This document shows positions 42,702-56,435 of a stretch of 64,000 nt of DNA, piece by piece; positions within the stretch are counted from its first letter, which is position 1, and each line of letters starts with the position of its first letter. This stretch comes from Octopus vulgaris (Eukaryota). The notes beneath the pieces are model-generated. The model ran no database searches. It had not been told where the DNA came from and saw only the letters and a program-made list of their open reading frames with translations. The DNA lies in the NCBI GenBank assembly GCA_951406725.2, contig OX597816.1:35402001-35466000 (forward strand), given 5' to 3'. A program made the position numbers and the translations under genes.

Positions 42702-42760
42702 ATTTGGCTGAAGTGAATCAGGCAGCGTTTGGCGTTAAATTCGAAATCATGATATCAAAT
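42702..42760 (+). ncRNA. Type I hammerhead homologous to 15634-15691 (core CUGAAGU variant)
   Basis: atttgg-CTGAAGT-gaat...attc-GAAA-tcatg-ATA-tcaaat; stem III palindrome ATCATGAT; flanks 42610-42860 align to 15545-15790. Confidence 0.65.
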
Positions 42761-43104
42761 TAACCAGCACTAAAGTTGCTGACCTACATGAGGTAATACG
42801 ATATTATTCTTGAATGAAATTCTTTTCTATCCTGCGTGTTTTAATTTTGTGACTATTCCCTGGCATAGAAGTCTTTTTGACTAATATTTTGAGCAATGCA
42901 GGTGCTCATGCAGTGTCATTCTTCGCAAGCCACTACACATTCTATATTTTTTCTCCTTGAATTTTTTTCTGTGTTCTTTTCTGTCGAAGATACTAGGCTC
43001 GAAACGTTAAATACTTTTTCACTTCCCGAGCGTTATACTAATACATCTGTTTGTTGTCTACACCTGTATTCGTCTTCCGTTTTTTTTTTATTCTCCCCAT
43101 ATAC

Positions 43105-43506
43105 TCTTTTACTCTTTTACTTGTTTCAGTCATTTGACTGCGGCCATGCTGGAGCACCGCCTTTAATCGAGCAACTCGTCCCCGGGACTTATTCTTTTGT
43201 AAGCCCAGTACTTATTCTATAGGTTTCATTTGCCGAACCGCTAAGTGACGGGGACGTAAAAACACCAGCATCGGTTGTCAAGCAATTCTAGGGGGACAAA
43301 CACAGACACACAAACACACACATGCATATATATTTACATATATACGACGGGCTTCTTTTCAGTTTCCGTCTACCAAAACCACTCACAAGGCTTTGGTCGG
43401 CCCTAGGCTATAGTAGAAGACACTTGCCCAAGGTGCTACGCAGTGGGACTGAACCTGGAACCATGTGGCTGGTAAGCAAGCTACTTACCACACAGCCACT
43501 CCTGCG

Positions 43507-43510
<4 letters not shown>
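43105..43510 (-). mobile_element. Full-length tRNA-derived SINE
   Basis: Head taggcgcaggagtggctgtgtggtaagtagc, central (TG)n, tail ggcggtgctccagcatggccgcagtc, then (GTAAAAGA)n. Confidence 0.88.
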
Positions 43511-43543
<33 letters not shown>

Positions 43544-43592
43544 AAAACAAGTCAAAATAGAAAATACTAAAATAACTTTATAAAGAACATTT

Positions 43593-43630
43593 CAGTACCG
43601 GTTTCGGTCATTTTCAGACCTTTTCAACTG
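43593..43630 (-). ncRNA. Degenerate minimal hammerhead (core UUGAAAA)
   Basis: cag-TTGAAAA-ggtc tgaaaat gacc-GAAA-ccg-GTA-ctg; palindromic stem III ACCGGT; two core substitutions. Confidence 0.5.
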
Positions 43631-43981
43631 TAACGATTAAACAATTAAATTTAGAAAGATTGAGAGAAAAGTGTTTTTAAAGGAATATTTGTATAGTGTT
43701 CAAATATAAGTGGCATTCTGCCATTCTCTGTCTCCCTTCTTTGCACTTGTGTGTTCGAGGCCGTTGTGAATTCTTGGTAGGGTAGAAGAAGAAGAAGGTT
43801 GATGAGGAGAGGGGGTGGAAAAATTTGGGAGTCCCTTGATTGTCGTATTTTGAATGGTCAGTGGCGGCTAGCAGTTGCAGTTCAATTCAGGAGAATATTT
43901 CTATTGAAAGGTTTGTTTATGGAATTTGCGTAGGTGTTATACTAAAAAGCATTAGTGATAAAGTTAAGAGGTAGAAGGTGG

Positions 43982-44200
43982 AGAAGAAGAAGAAGAAGAA
44001 GAAGAAGAAGAAGGAGAAGGAGGAGAAGAAGAAGATGATGATGATGGTGATGATGATGACGACGATGATGATGATGATAATGATGATGATGAGGATGATG
44101 AAGAAGAAGAAGAAGAAGAAGAAGAAGAAGAAGAAGAAGAAGAAGAAGAAGAAGAAGAAGAAGAAGAAGAAGAAGAAGAAGAAGAAGAAGAAGAAGAAGA
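43982..44200. repeat. (GAA)n/(GAT)n microsatellite
   Basis: Seen directly. Confidence 0.95.
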
Positions 44201-44223
44201 AACAAATATATATATATATATAT

Positions 44224-44430
44224 ATAAAACCGCAAATATTACAGGATCTTTCTTCTCGAATTTTCGCGTAAACAGGCGTTGAATATAGTGTTGGTGAGGA
44301 AACATTTGTTACTCATGATTTAAAATATTGGAATAATTTTCGTTGCCTTACCATATTTGTTTGTATGTGATTCAACGCCTGTTTACGCGAAAATTCTAGA
44401 AGAAAATATCTTGTAATATTTGCGGTTTTA
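44224..44430. repeat. Inverted repeat (~60-bp arms) adjacent to (TA)n
   Basis: taaaaccgcaaatattaca...aacaggcgttgaat pairs with attcaacgcctgtt...tgtaatatttgcggtttta. Confidence 0.85.
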
Positions 44431-44512
44431 GACATTGGATTTGCACTTCATCAGCCTTGCATGAAAGGTGTGCAATTACATTGTACCCCCTTGAGAAATG
44501 TTTTCTTAGTAA

Positions 44513-44552
<40 letters not shown>

Positions 44553-44560
<8 letters not shown>

Positions 44561-45181
44561 CAACAATTGAAGGTAAAATTAATTAGTTATTAATCAATTT
44601 CACCAAGTATTCAGTATGTAAAAGGACCATTTAAGGCGAATTCAAAATATTACATTATATAACAGGGCTTAGTAAAATAAATTACTTTGCCACATACTGA
44701 ACTCATTAGAAATAGCAGCCAAAAAAGTTTTTTTAGCTATTTCTAATACTTAAAGAAAATTTCTCTTAGATAGTGCTTACTCAGAATAACCCACGAAGGT
44801 ATGGGGGTAAAAAACATTAAAAAATCACAAGTGCAAAGATTATTTGAGAACGTTACGTTTCTAGATCAGCCAAATAAAATTCGACATTTCTTTCGTCAGC
44901 CCAAAATTTCTTAATTTGGATTTGGAAACACTGAAAGTAGGAACATACCCTTTTGGCGACTTAACACCTCAGATGACCCGTTCAAACTGACAGTGCCAAC
45001 AAATTCAAAATATGCAAGCGAAGAATTCCTGCTCTCCCCCCCCCCCACCACCACATCCACGTGGGCTAAACTAGCAAACACCATATTTTAGCGGTGAAAA
45101 CCGAGGCAATAAACAGAGAGAAATGAATTATAATTTCAACAATTGAGGGTAAAATTAATTAGTTATTAATCAATTTCACCA
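44553..45181 (-). mobile_element. PLE-derived/retrozyme-like unit: 576-nt monomer plus ~50-nt terminal repeat
   Basis: aatttcaacaattga.ggtaaaattaattagttattaatcaatttcacca at 44556 and 45132; partly homologous to the 593-nt unit (57120-57220); contains a hammerhead. Confidence 0.72.
44843..44905 (-). ncRNA. Type I hammerhead (GUU site)
   Basis: Minus strand: tttggg-CTGACGA-a aga...tct a-GAAA-cgtaac-GTT-ctcaaa. Confidence 0.7.
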
Positions 45182-45254
45182 TGTGTGTGTGTGTGTGTGT
45201 GTGTGTGTTTGTATTTATGTATGTTTGTGTGTGTATATATATTTATACACACAC

Positions 45255-45285
<31 letters not shown>

Positions 45286-45344
45286 TTCATATATATTCAT
45301 ATATATGTGTATATATATTTGTATGTATATATACACACATACAG

Positions 45345-45390
<46 letters not shown>

Positions 45391-45688
45391 CGTTTTACGT
45401 ATTTTTCCCTAAGATCAAATGAACAATGTTTAACTGAAGAATTACAAATCATATTTATTAAATTCTCTATTCATATTTCAACATGATACTGTAAGTCATA
45501 TCAAATTTGAATTTTAATATTATCAATATTCACCGGTTGGATCAATTCCACGCGGTTATTCTTTTATGAAATCCCATTTTATTTTCATATATTTAATATA
45601 TTTCAACCATTATTTTATTAATTATTTATACATCCACATCGACAAACGGGCACGTAGATATGACTATGCGTATCCTTACATTTGGAAT

Positions 45689-45730
<42 letters not shown>

Positions 45731-47139
45731 TGTGTGTGTTTCTGGACGTGTTTGTATGTGATTATGTGTGTGTGTTTTGTTTAAGCTATTTTACTAATTC
45801 CACCGATGTATTAATCGCTATTATGTATAAATCATGGAGTATGAAAATGCTAAGAAATATATTTCATTGTTATTGTCTAATATAGATTTACAACGATCTA
45901 TACATCATAACAGACCTTTCTGCCACATAATCTATAAACGCTTTCAATTTCCGTGACAGGAATCACAATTTATTTTTTATTCATAGCATGCGAATCCTTC
46001 ACAATAGAAGATATGGAAGAACTCAGTTATAAACGTGATATAGGAATTTACAATGATTTACAAGTATCAGTTAGGTTTACGAGATAAATCATTTATTAAT
46101 ATGTGCGAATATGGCATCGGTGAACATCATAGTGCCGACGATACACAGTTTCGACTATCCAATTTGAGAAGGAACTCACCCGTAAACGTGTCAAATCTCA
46201 GAGATAAAATGGGTAAAGCGATGACGTTGATGTGAGTGAACGATTATTTCTCGTCAACGTATGTCAATATATTGATGTGATATAATTAAACTAATTAATT
46301 GTGGATGTGATGGAGAAGTAATCGTATTTTCGTTTAGAGGTTATTCACTTTTGCAAACATTTCTACACAGTTATTGTTATTAAACAAAGAGGCACATTTC
46401 CATATCTATATTACAGATTAATGAAAATGAATGCAAAACCATTTCATTTACAGTATTCAATAATTGAGTTAACATTAACTTTAACTATTAATCATTTATT
46501 GAAATGAAAATCACCTTATATTATACTTGATGTTATACAATGCCCCTGGATAGAATTATATTTACATCAAATATACTGCGATGACTCTAAGTTTAAATCA
46601 TTCTATGGTGTCATAAGGACAGAACAAAACAAAAGGGACATGGGATGTATAAGAACGATCGAAAAATATTGACAGGTAAATATTCATTTCTAATATACGC
46701 ATAAAACCTGAAATTCCGGGGAAATGGATAAGTTGATTACTTTGACGGCAGTTGTTGGCTAGTCTTATCTTATTAACTCCAAAAGGACTAATAGTTGTAC
46801 GAGATGTCGCTATGCAATTTCCCCAGCGTAGTTAATGTTCTTACAGCTCTTTTCTCTATTATTAATACGTGAAAACATGAGAAAATACAAATAGCATTAT
46901 GAAACATAAAGCCTCTTGACGATGTATGGAATAAGAATGAGTAATCTCTAACACTTTCAAATACTTAATTTTTTAAGCCTGTTTTACAACACTTCGCATT
47001 ATATGTTTCATAAATATATTTGTATATGGTATTTATCAAATAGATCTCTGATGCACAGTATCAACATTTATTTCTGTATTTTATCGTGTATTTTAAACTG
47101 TTAAAATTATCGCGGTAAAAAGTTAAGAACTGCTGTGAT

Positions 47140-47443
47140 TACGTGATCACGTGACCGACCTGGCTATCAGATGTTGCTACACATCACTGGTCATAATGTG
47201 CTTCGCATTGTTTTAGCCTTCAAATGACGCCAACCCGCAGGCTAAGCGAGCAGGCCAACAGAAGGAACAGTGAGAGGAAGTTTTGGCGAAGGTACAGCAG
47301 AGATCGCCACCCCCACTGCCGGAACCTCGTGGAGCTTTAGGTGTTTTCACTCAATAAACACTCATTACACCCGGTCTAAGAATCGAAGCCATGATCCTAC
47401 GACCGAGAGACTCCTGCCCTAAACACTGGGTCATTGCGCCTCA
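47140..47443 (-). mobile_element. Older, longer SINE with the same head as 32955/60284 but a different body and tail
   Basis: gaggcgcaatgacccagtg...ggtggcgatctctgctgtac continues into ...gtgtagcaacatctgatagcc instead of the CR1 tail. Confidence 0.8.
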
Positions 47444-47719
47444 GCTGTGTGATATATATATAAAAATTGAGGACTTGTAGTACAATTCCTCCTTTTAGAC
47501 AACTAATGCAAGCCTTCAGATATAAAATCTATTTCATTCATAATCTTAATATTTTGCATTTATGATCACCATTTGTGCTGTGGTACCCATGCAAGTGTAA
47601 AATACAATATTTCGACACACATGTCACAAGGCGTACATGTTTCATACATGCATAAATACATATATATATATATATATATATATAAACACTTTGTTCTCTT
47701 TTATATATTTTTTTATTTA

Positions 47720-48298
47720 TCTAGTTTCAGCTCATGAGCTGTGGCCATGCTGGGGCACCGCCATTTGGTGTTGCTACATGATTTTACTTCACGAATGCTT
47801 TTTAGCAATTGCCATTTGGTGCATGAGAGAGTTCGATGCAGCTGCCCTCATCTGCACTTCCTGCCGTGAAGTCGGTTCATCTGGGATACCTGACAAGAAG
47901 AGATCCAGTTTCATTTTAAAGACATCTGCATCCACCCCATGCAGGTCTCTTAGGTTCTTCGGGAGGATATTGAAGAGCTGTGGGCCTCGGAAGCTCAGGC
48001 TATCACAGTATCTTGTCCTACATCTTGATGGCAAATTTGGAGTACTTGGCACTATGCAGTGGCGCCCAGTTCTGGCATTTGTGTAACTCTCGATGCCAAA
48101 GTTTGGGACAAATCCTTCTAGGATCTTCCAGATGTATATTATGGCATATCTTTCTCGCCTACGCTCTAAGGATTTGGGTCTCAATATCTTGAGTCTTTCC
48201 CAATAGCTTATATGCTGCACAGAGGCTATCTTCTTCGTGTAGCTTCGCTGGATCGCCTCAAGTTCTGTGATTAACTTGACACTAGATGGTGACCATAG

Positions 48299-48301
<3 letters not shown>
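47720..48301 (-). mobile_element. CR1-like LINE 3' fragment, same family as 53105-54830
   Basis: SYWERLKIL...RRRERYAIIYIWKIL...FRGPQLFNILPKNLR plus tail ggcggtgccccagcatggccacagc. Confidence 0.92.
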
Positions 48302-48344
<43 letters not shown>

Positions 48345-49059
48345 ATAATATATAATATCCCATTATATAATTGTATAATATATATATATATATATATATA
48401 TTATATACAATTACATAATGGGATATTATATATTATTACATACACACATATATATATATGCGCACACACACGCACATACACACACACAGAATTGTATACA
48501 GTTATACATAAATGCACGGAAGTTAGCCTACCTATATGCTGAAAATAGACGTCAAATACTATCAGCCAGTTCATTTCTTCTCCTCATATACATGCAGTTT
48601 GAAAGCAGGAAAACAAACAAACTAATCATTCCTGAAATAATTCAGATTGTTTGAGATTGGGCAATTTCTGGATTAGTTTTATAACTTTTCCTTCATTAGC
48701 AAAACATACTAAGCAAAATATATGAAAATAATTCTCCATACCCACAGAAAAGCACACAGTAACTTCTATTACATACAAATAATCACAAATATGAACGTAT
48801 CGAATTTCACAGTTGACATCAATTCGTGTGTATTTGGTCAGAATATATGCTGGCCACTCATACAATTCATTAATTTTAATGGCATTCTCCTTTATTTTTA
48901 AATGTCACCCGTTCACTTCGCGACAGCTTATTTACTTCTGCATTATTCTGAATTCTAACAAAATACACACTCGCTGAGGTAAATTCTCAAATTCGATGCT
49001 TTGTTCTATCCAAGCCAAATGATAACAAATGAAATCTATAGCGAAAATCTTGAACGGCG

Positions 49060-49440
49060 TATGTCAGTGCTAGAAGGAAAAGGAAAATATTTGGTTTCAA
49101 GATGAAAGGTGTTCTTCTATTAGGATATTACTTGGTGACATACAACGAGGATGGCATGCCAATGGATGTAGCATTTTGAATGGAAAACGATGCTCCAGCC
49201 ACCATATCCATGGGGCATTGCCTCAGTTAATTATCATTTATTCCGTAGCGTTCAAAATCCTTTCGACGGAGAACAATATGAATTCTGTAGACGAGGTCAG
49301 AAAAGTACTGGAGGAGTGCTTTTCGTTAGGGACACGTGGATGTACGTATACTGCTGCTGTATATAGATATTAGTAGCATAATGGCCACAGAGTACATGTA
49401 GATTGTCGAATCAACATATTTACATATCTACAAAAGTATG
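49060..49440 (+). mobile_element. Degraded mariner transposase fragment
   Basis: KVFFY*DI...EWKTMLQPPYPWGIASVNYHLFRSVQN matches the mariner HDNA...HPPYSPDLAPSDYHLF pattern. Confidence 0.7.
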
Positions 49441-49485
49441 AAACATCGGTGTATATCTATATATATTTATACATCTGTATGTATG

Positions 49486-49520
<35 letters not shown>

Positions 49521-49614
49521 GCGTGTGTGTGTGTTTGCGTATGTGTGTGAGTATGTGTGCATGTGTGTGCGTGTATGTGAATGTGTGTCCGTGCGTGCGT
49601 GCGTGTGTATATAT

Positions 49615-49649
<35 letters not shown>

Positions 49650-49782
49650 AATGTATGTATATGAATTTATAAACATATATATTTTATATATATGCATATA
49701 TATATGTGTGTGTGTGCGTGTACATAGCACTTACACAATGATCTATTGGTTTAGATCATTAGTGAATTTAACCCTTCCTATA

Positions 49783-49874
<92 letters not shown>

Positions 49875-50319
49875 GTGACTGAAAGAGGGGAATTTCGATT
49901 ATCCCCACGTGATGATTTGTAATATAAATAGGAAATTAAAGAAGGAGAATGCACAACATTACATAGATTTAATATAGTGTTTATATACCTTTTATTTTGT
50001 TTGTCGTCCGGTTTCGCTTTCACTATTCATGACATTAAAATTTCTTAAGAAAATAAGAATTTAAATAAATTTTCATTATTAGTGTAAGCGAATCTGTATG
50101 TAGGTGTGCACTTATGTATGTAAGGATGACGTGGTTCAGGACATTCTACGTTTACCGAGTTCACATTAGCCTACCGATAGCTAACAGAAATTATAATTTT
50201 CCAATCTCCACTTCGATGCTGTCAGATTTTCTAATTGCGATTTCTAAGCTAAGCTCTGAACCACACATTGTTATATCACACATATCTCTCAAAGTTAAAA
50301 TAGGCTGTAAATTTCCTCA

Positions 50320-50394
<75 letters not shown>

Positions 50395-51725
50395 GTCTCT
50401 CTTTCTCTTGGCAGTGCCTACACCATATAATACGTTCAATCAACATTGATAATATAGTACCTATTCACGTATACGAATTCTATTTACTACCTATCTGAAA
50501 CATTCAAATTTTGAGGTATGTGATATTTAAATCCACTCATCAATATCTCCCCTCTTCTATGCAACTTAATTTTTTTCTTTGAATATTCCTTTACAAACAA
50601 ACATTTGTTATTAAACATTGTCTCTTTATTGGAAATATGTTTGTTTTTGTACAGTGTCGTTACTGCAAACAGAGATTTTAAAGTTGTTTTTGTCACATTC
50701 ATTGCAAAATTTGTTTAAAAATAGCAAATTTCCTCGAGGCATTGCCTTAATTAAATCAAATTCATTATTCGCCGAATATTTTACCGGATGGTAAAGATGA
50801 CTCTGCTATTTTGATGTTTCACTAGTGTCAAATAAATTGAAGTTTTCGGATATTGTTTAAAAAATCTGAATAAAAACAACCGGATTAAAATATTAATACA
50901 GGTGTCTGTTAAAAGTTTACTAATTATTGTAACGTCATGAATATATTTTTGCTTTATTTTCATGTCTAGTTTTGATTAAGGATCTTTGACCAGTTTAATT
51001 GTGACCAAGATTATCGTTTTGAAATCTACAATTATTATCTCATCTATTTAACCAAAATCAAATCAAATTCTGAATCCTACTATATAAAACTTTAGATTAA
51101 TAAATAGTAATAATAATGTCACACATGACCTACTGTCAAGAACATAGAATATTATATTAAAATGCAGATACTCGTATTTTGTCCTAGCGTGTATAAATAA
51201 TGTTGAGATCAGGACATAATTTGAGAAGAAATAGAATATGATAATGTGGATGCAGGAGTGCTGATATTCATAAATAATCAATAGCGTGAAACAGAGAGTA
51301 TTCCTTTCGCTGTTTATTTTTCCTCCATATGACCAGATGCATGTTTGGAAAATTTCATTTAATTTACGAAGTACTATGTGATACATAGTATAGAAAGAAC
51401 AGAGCTACGTACAAAATTTCTTGTGATATTTATTTAAGTGAACTTGCTACCGCTATATAGAATAAAGAGTCAGTTAGCAGTTACTTAATGATGAAGATAA
51501 GATTCAATCAATCCGAAATGTTGGCGCCTGCAACCGTGGCAACGTACATTCCTTATTTCTTGCATTGCTAATTATCTTGAAGATTGTTACAGATTGCTAA
51601 ACAATAAAATATCATTTATATATACAATATTATATTATATTATATTATATTTATATGTGTGTGCGTGTGTGTTCACAAATATATACACATACGCACACAT
51701 GAGCACAAACAAAATATCTACACAC

Positions 51726-51774
<49 letters not shown>

Positions 51775-52885
51775 CATATAGAAAATGTATATGTACCCGC
51801 ATATATATATTTACGCATATATACATGTATGTGCGTGTATCTGTGTCTGAGGGGGTATCATAGTGAGCAAATAGCTGCACCATTATCTATTAACTATTGC
51901 AGTAATATAGTTTGGTTTTAATTAAAATTGTTTAGCTATTCTACTTTTTGCAATTACTGCATCGTTTCTCATGGGTATGCCCATGCATTATATATAGCCT
52001 ATATACTAATTTTCTCAATATCTACTAATAGTTGTTACAATTCTCAAGGCCTATTATTTAGTTTAGCATCAGAATTTTCAGATGTAATGTTAGTAAAACT
52101 GAATTATTTTTTTGATGGGATGCTCATTATGTTCGCTTCCTGAAATGAAATATCGCTTAAAGCGAATTCCTGCTTGCTGCCAGTTCTAAAAAATATTTTA
52201 ATGAAATTGTTTTCACGTTATTCTTCAACGTGTTTAACGCTCTTATCCATTATTTTGTCGCTAAGATTCAACCTATAATTGAAGATTGTGTATTATTGTG
52301 GAATAACTACAACGATAATAATTCGCAATTGAAATATTTTTATTATATCACATTTGTGTTCATCTCAACAATAACTATGCTAATCAGTTTATCGATATCA
52401 CCCCTGTAATATGCACCTGTGTCTTAATGGAATTGCTTCAGTTGTATCAATAATAATCATTATTGTTTATTATTCCCAAAATTCCAAGTACAATGACGAA
52501 ATAGTTCCAACTAAATCTTTGAATTTCCTAGAAGTCGGAGATTGTTGACTTATTTTCATTATTTTCCAATATCTTCGTGACGATAACACACTAAGATTAT
52601 CAATAAAGATGATCTCCTTTGCTTTTCCGCTTCATCACATGGCTATTCCATGACTGATAATTATACTCACAATGATGTTGTTAATGAGCTTTTATTGATT
52701 ACATACTTTTTCGTATGCAAAACATCATCTACTTTAAATGCAAATGAAAAATAAATGATCTTGATATTTTTTCATTAATAACTATTATGGATTCCGACAT
52801 TAATGTATCACTAAAATAATTCTCTTTAGATACGCATATACAGACACGCACACATTTACATAGACATATATACATATATACACAC

Positions 52886-52990
<105 letters not shown>

Positions 52991-53006
52991 TACATATATA
53001 TATATG

Positions 53007-53099
<93 letters not shown>

Positions 53100-53104
53100 G
53101 TGAT

Positions 53105-54830
53105 ATAAAATCAGAGGCGGCGACGATAGATTACATCGATATAAAGGAAGACGATGTAACCAAGGCTATAGATGAAATGAAAACAGACTCAGCTACTGGC
53201 CCCGATGGATTCCCGGCAATCCTCCTAAAAGCATGTAAGAGAGTCCTAGCAAGACCACTGCAGTTCCTCTTTCAGAGCTTCCTTGCAGCTGGCAAACTTC
53301 CAGGAAAACTGAAGGAAGGTAAAATATGCCCCATTCATAAAGGAGGTAGCAGAGCGGAAACCAAGAACTATAGACCTATCTCTCTGACCTCACACATCAG
53401 CAAGGTCATGGAACGAATAGTCAGAAGGAAGCTAATCACCTTCCTTGAAGAGAATGACTTGCTGCCCGACACCCAACATGGTTTCCGACCAGGGAGAAGC
53501 TGTTTAACTCAGCTCCTACAACACTATGACTGGGTGCTGAAACGGCTGCTCAACCACTCAAATGTGGAAGTGATATATCTCGACTTTGCAAAGGCCTTTG
53601 ATAAAGTCGATCATGGAATGATATGTCACAAACTGCATGATCTCAACATAGTTGGAAAACTGGGAGAATGGCTTCATGACTTTCTGAAGGATAGAAGTCA
53701 GGTGGTAGTAGCCAATGGGGCCACCTCCATTAACACACAAATAGTGAGCGGTGTTCCGCAGGGCACTGTTCTGGGACCACTACTGTTCATAATGGCCCTC
53801 TCAGACATGCCCTCAGCCACGCAGAGCGCCACGATCACAAGTTATGCAGATGATACAAAAGTTTCACAGGCAATACAGAACCCTGAGGACACTAAACAAC
53901 TGCAATGTGAGCTGGACGAAATATACAAGTGGGCTGAAAAGAATATCATGCAGTTCAATGCTGGAAAGTTTCAAGCTTTATACTATCAGCATGCAAAACT
54001 GAATGCAATACCCAATGAATACACTGGACCCGGAGGGATTGCAATCCCAGAGGCACAATCAGTGCGTGACCTGGGTATTCACATGAGTGATGACGCGACC
54101 TTTCATGTACATGTTGCTAAACTGACAATGAAATGTAGACGGCTGGCTGGCTGGATTCTTAGAACCTTTAGAACAAGAGAACAAGAAACCATGATGGTCC
54201 TCTGGAAGACACTTGTCCTAAGCCACTTTGACTATTGCTCTCAGCTATGGTCACCATCCAGTGTCAAGTTAATCACAGAACTTGAGGCGATCCAACGAAG
54301 CTACACAAAGAAGATAGCCTCTATGCAGAATGTAAGCTACTGGGAAAGACTCAAGAGATTAAAATTATATTCCTGGAGCGTAGGCGGGAAAGATATGCCA
54401 TAATATACATCTGGAAGATCCTGGAGGGAAGTGTCCTGAACTTTGGCATCGAGAGTTACGCAAATGCCAGAACTGGGCGCCACTGCGTGGTGCCTAGGAC
54501 TCCAAACCTGCCATCAAGATGTAGGACAAGATTCTGTGATAGCCTGGGCTTCCGAGGCCCACAGCTCTTCAATATCCTCCCGAAGAACCTGAGAGACCTG
54601 CATGGGGTGGATACAGATGTCTTTAAAATGAAGCTGGATCTCTTCCTTTCAGGTGTCCCAGATGAACCAACTTCACGGCGGGAGGGGCAGATGAGGGCAG
54701 CTGCATCGAACTCTCTCATGCACCAAATAGCAGTTGCTAGAAAGCCTCCATGAAGTGAAACCAACTAGCAACACCAAATAGCGGTGCCCCAGCATGGCCA
54801 CAGCTCATAAGCTGAAACTAGAATCAATCA
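53105..54830 (+). mobile_element. 5'-truncated young CR1-like LINE (RT ORF 53177-54403, frameshift near 54375, C-terminus to 54753)
   Basis: GPDG, NYRPISL, QHGFR, YLDFAKAFDKV, GVPQGTVLGP, YADD; 3' UTR tail followed by (AATC)n; inserted in (TA)n. Confidence 0.95.
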
Positions 54831-54877
<47 letters not shown>

Positions 54878-55000
54878 CAATTTAGGAATGACCCTAACAG
54901 GTCATTCGTCCACCAGAAAAGAGCAGCCATAACTCACACCGCCAAGTAGTAGTAATTCAAAAATTAGGTGAAAATTCAAAAACATTTACCCTAATTCATC

Positions 55001-55098
55001 TTTTAGACGTTGCAACGTTTCTGTGTCATTAATGATTAAATTAGCTTAATTAAATTAAATTAAGCTAATCTACCATAGGTTACACTTCATCAGTAAAA
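55001..55098 (-). ncRNA. Type I hammerhead (473-nt family, inverted copy)
   Basis: Reverse complement of 55391-55488. Confidence 0.85.
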
Positions 55099-55390
55099 AC
55101 CTGGGATAGACAAATATACACGAGGCGTCTGTATCGATGCCTAGGGAATATCTGTCTTAAAATTTTCAAGACTGACGTATTCGCGCCAAACTTATCAGCA
55201 GTAAATATAAACTGCCGATTCAATCTCAGAATTATTCAGAAAATTATCAATTAGTCAATTTAGGGTAGCAAAAAATTCAATAGAAATTTATCGCTACCAA
55301 CGGCCTAGTGGAAAAGAGAAAATAGTCAACGACTAAGTATATAAATATAACAATTTAGGAATGACCCTAACAGGTCATTCGTCCCAGGTT

Positions 55391-55488
55391 TTTTACTGAT
55401 GAAGTGTAACCTATGGTAGATTAGCTTAATTTAATTTAATTAAGCTAATTTAATCATTAATGACACAGAAACGTTGCAACGTCTAAAA
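55391..55488 (+). ncRNA. Type I hammerhead (473-nt family), predicted cleavage after GUC at 55483
   Basis: tttta-CTGATGA-a gtgt...acac a-GAAA-cgttgcaac-GTC-taaaa; stem III is the perfect 12-nt palindrome ACGTTGCAACGT. Confidence 0.88.
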
Positions 55489-55863
55489 GATGAATTAGGG
55501 TAAATGTTTTTGAATTTTCACCTAATTTTTGAATTACTACTACTTGGCGGTGTGAGTTATGGCTGCTCTTTCTGGTGGACGAATGACCTGTTAGGGTCAT
55601 TCCTAAATTGTTATATTTATATACTTAGTCGTTGACTATTTTCTCTTTTCCACTAGGCCGTTGGTAGCGATAAATTTCTATTGAATTTTTTGCTACCCTA
55701 AATTGACTAATTGATAATTTTCTGAATAATTCTGAGATTGAATCGGCAGTTTATATTTACTGCTGATAAGTTTGGCGCGAATACGTCAGTCTTGAAAATT
55801 TTAAGACAGATATTCCCTAGGCATCGATACAGACGCCTCGTGTATATTTGTCTATCCCAGGTT

Positions 55864-55961
55864 TTTTACTGATGAAGTGTAACCTATGGTAGATTAGCTT
55901 AATTTAATTTAATTAAGCTAATTTAATCATTAATGACACAGAAACGTTGCAACGTCTAAAA
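55864..55961 (+). ncRNA. Type I hammerhead (473-nt family), GUC at 55954-55956
   Basis: Same motif as 55391-55488. Confidence 0.88.
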
Positions 55962-56337
55962 GATGAATTAGGGTAAATGTTTTTGAATTTTCACCTAATT
56001 TTTGAATTACTACTACTTGGCGGTGTGAGTTATGGCTGCTCTTTCTGGTGGACGAATGACCTGTTAGGGTCATTCCTAAATTGTTATATTTATATACTTA
56101 GTCGTTGACTATTTTCTCTTTTCCACTAGGCCGTTGGTAGCGATAAATTTCTATTGAATTTTTTTGCTACCCTAAATTGACTAATTGATAATTTTCTGAA
56201 TAATTCTGAGATTGAATCGGCAGTTTATATTTACTGCTGATAAGTTTGGCGCGAATACGTCAGTCTTGAAAATTTTAAGACAGATATTCCCTAGGCATCG
56301 ATACAGACGCCTCGTGTATATTTGTCTATCCCAGGTT

Positions 56338-56435
56338 TTTTACTGATGAAGTGTAACCTATGGTAGATTAGCTTAATTTAATTTAATTAAGCTAATTTAA
56401 TCATTAATGACACAGAAACGTTGCAACGTCTAAAA
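56338..56435 (+). ncRNA. Type I hammerhead (473-nt family), GUC at 56428-56430
   Basis: Same motif as 55391-55488. Confidence 0.88.

Noticed and set aside
43942-44305. Poly-Lys/Ser/Leu/His ORFs
   Set aside because: (GAA)n/(GAT)n repeat artefacts
51063-51386. PHYHILF (HUH-like) in a minus frame, suggesting a viral or Helitron Rep
   Set aside because: Flanked by stops with no other Rep or helicase motifs; likely chance
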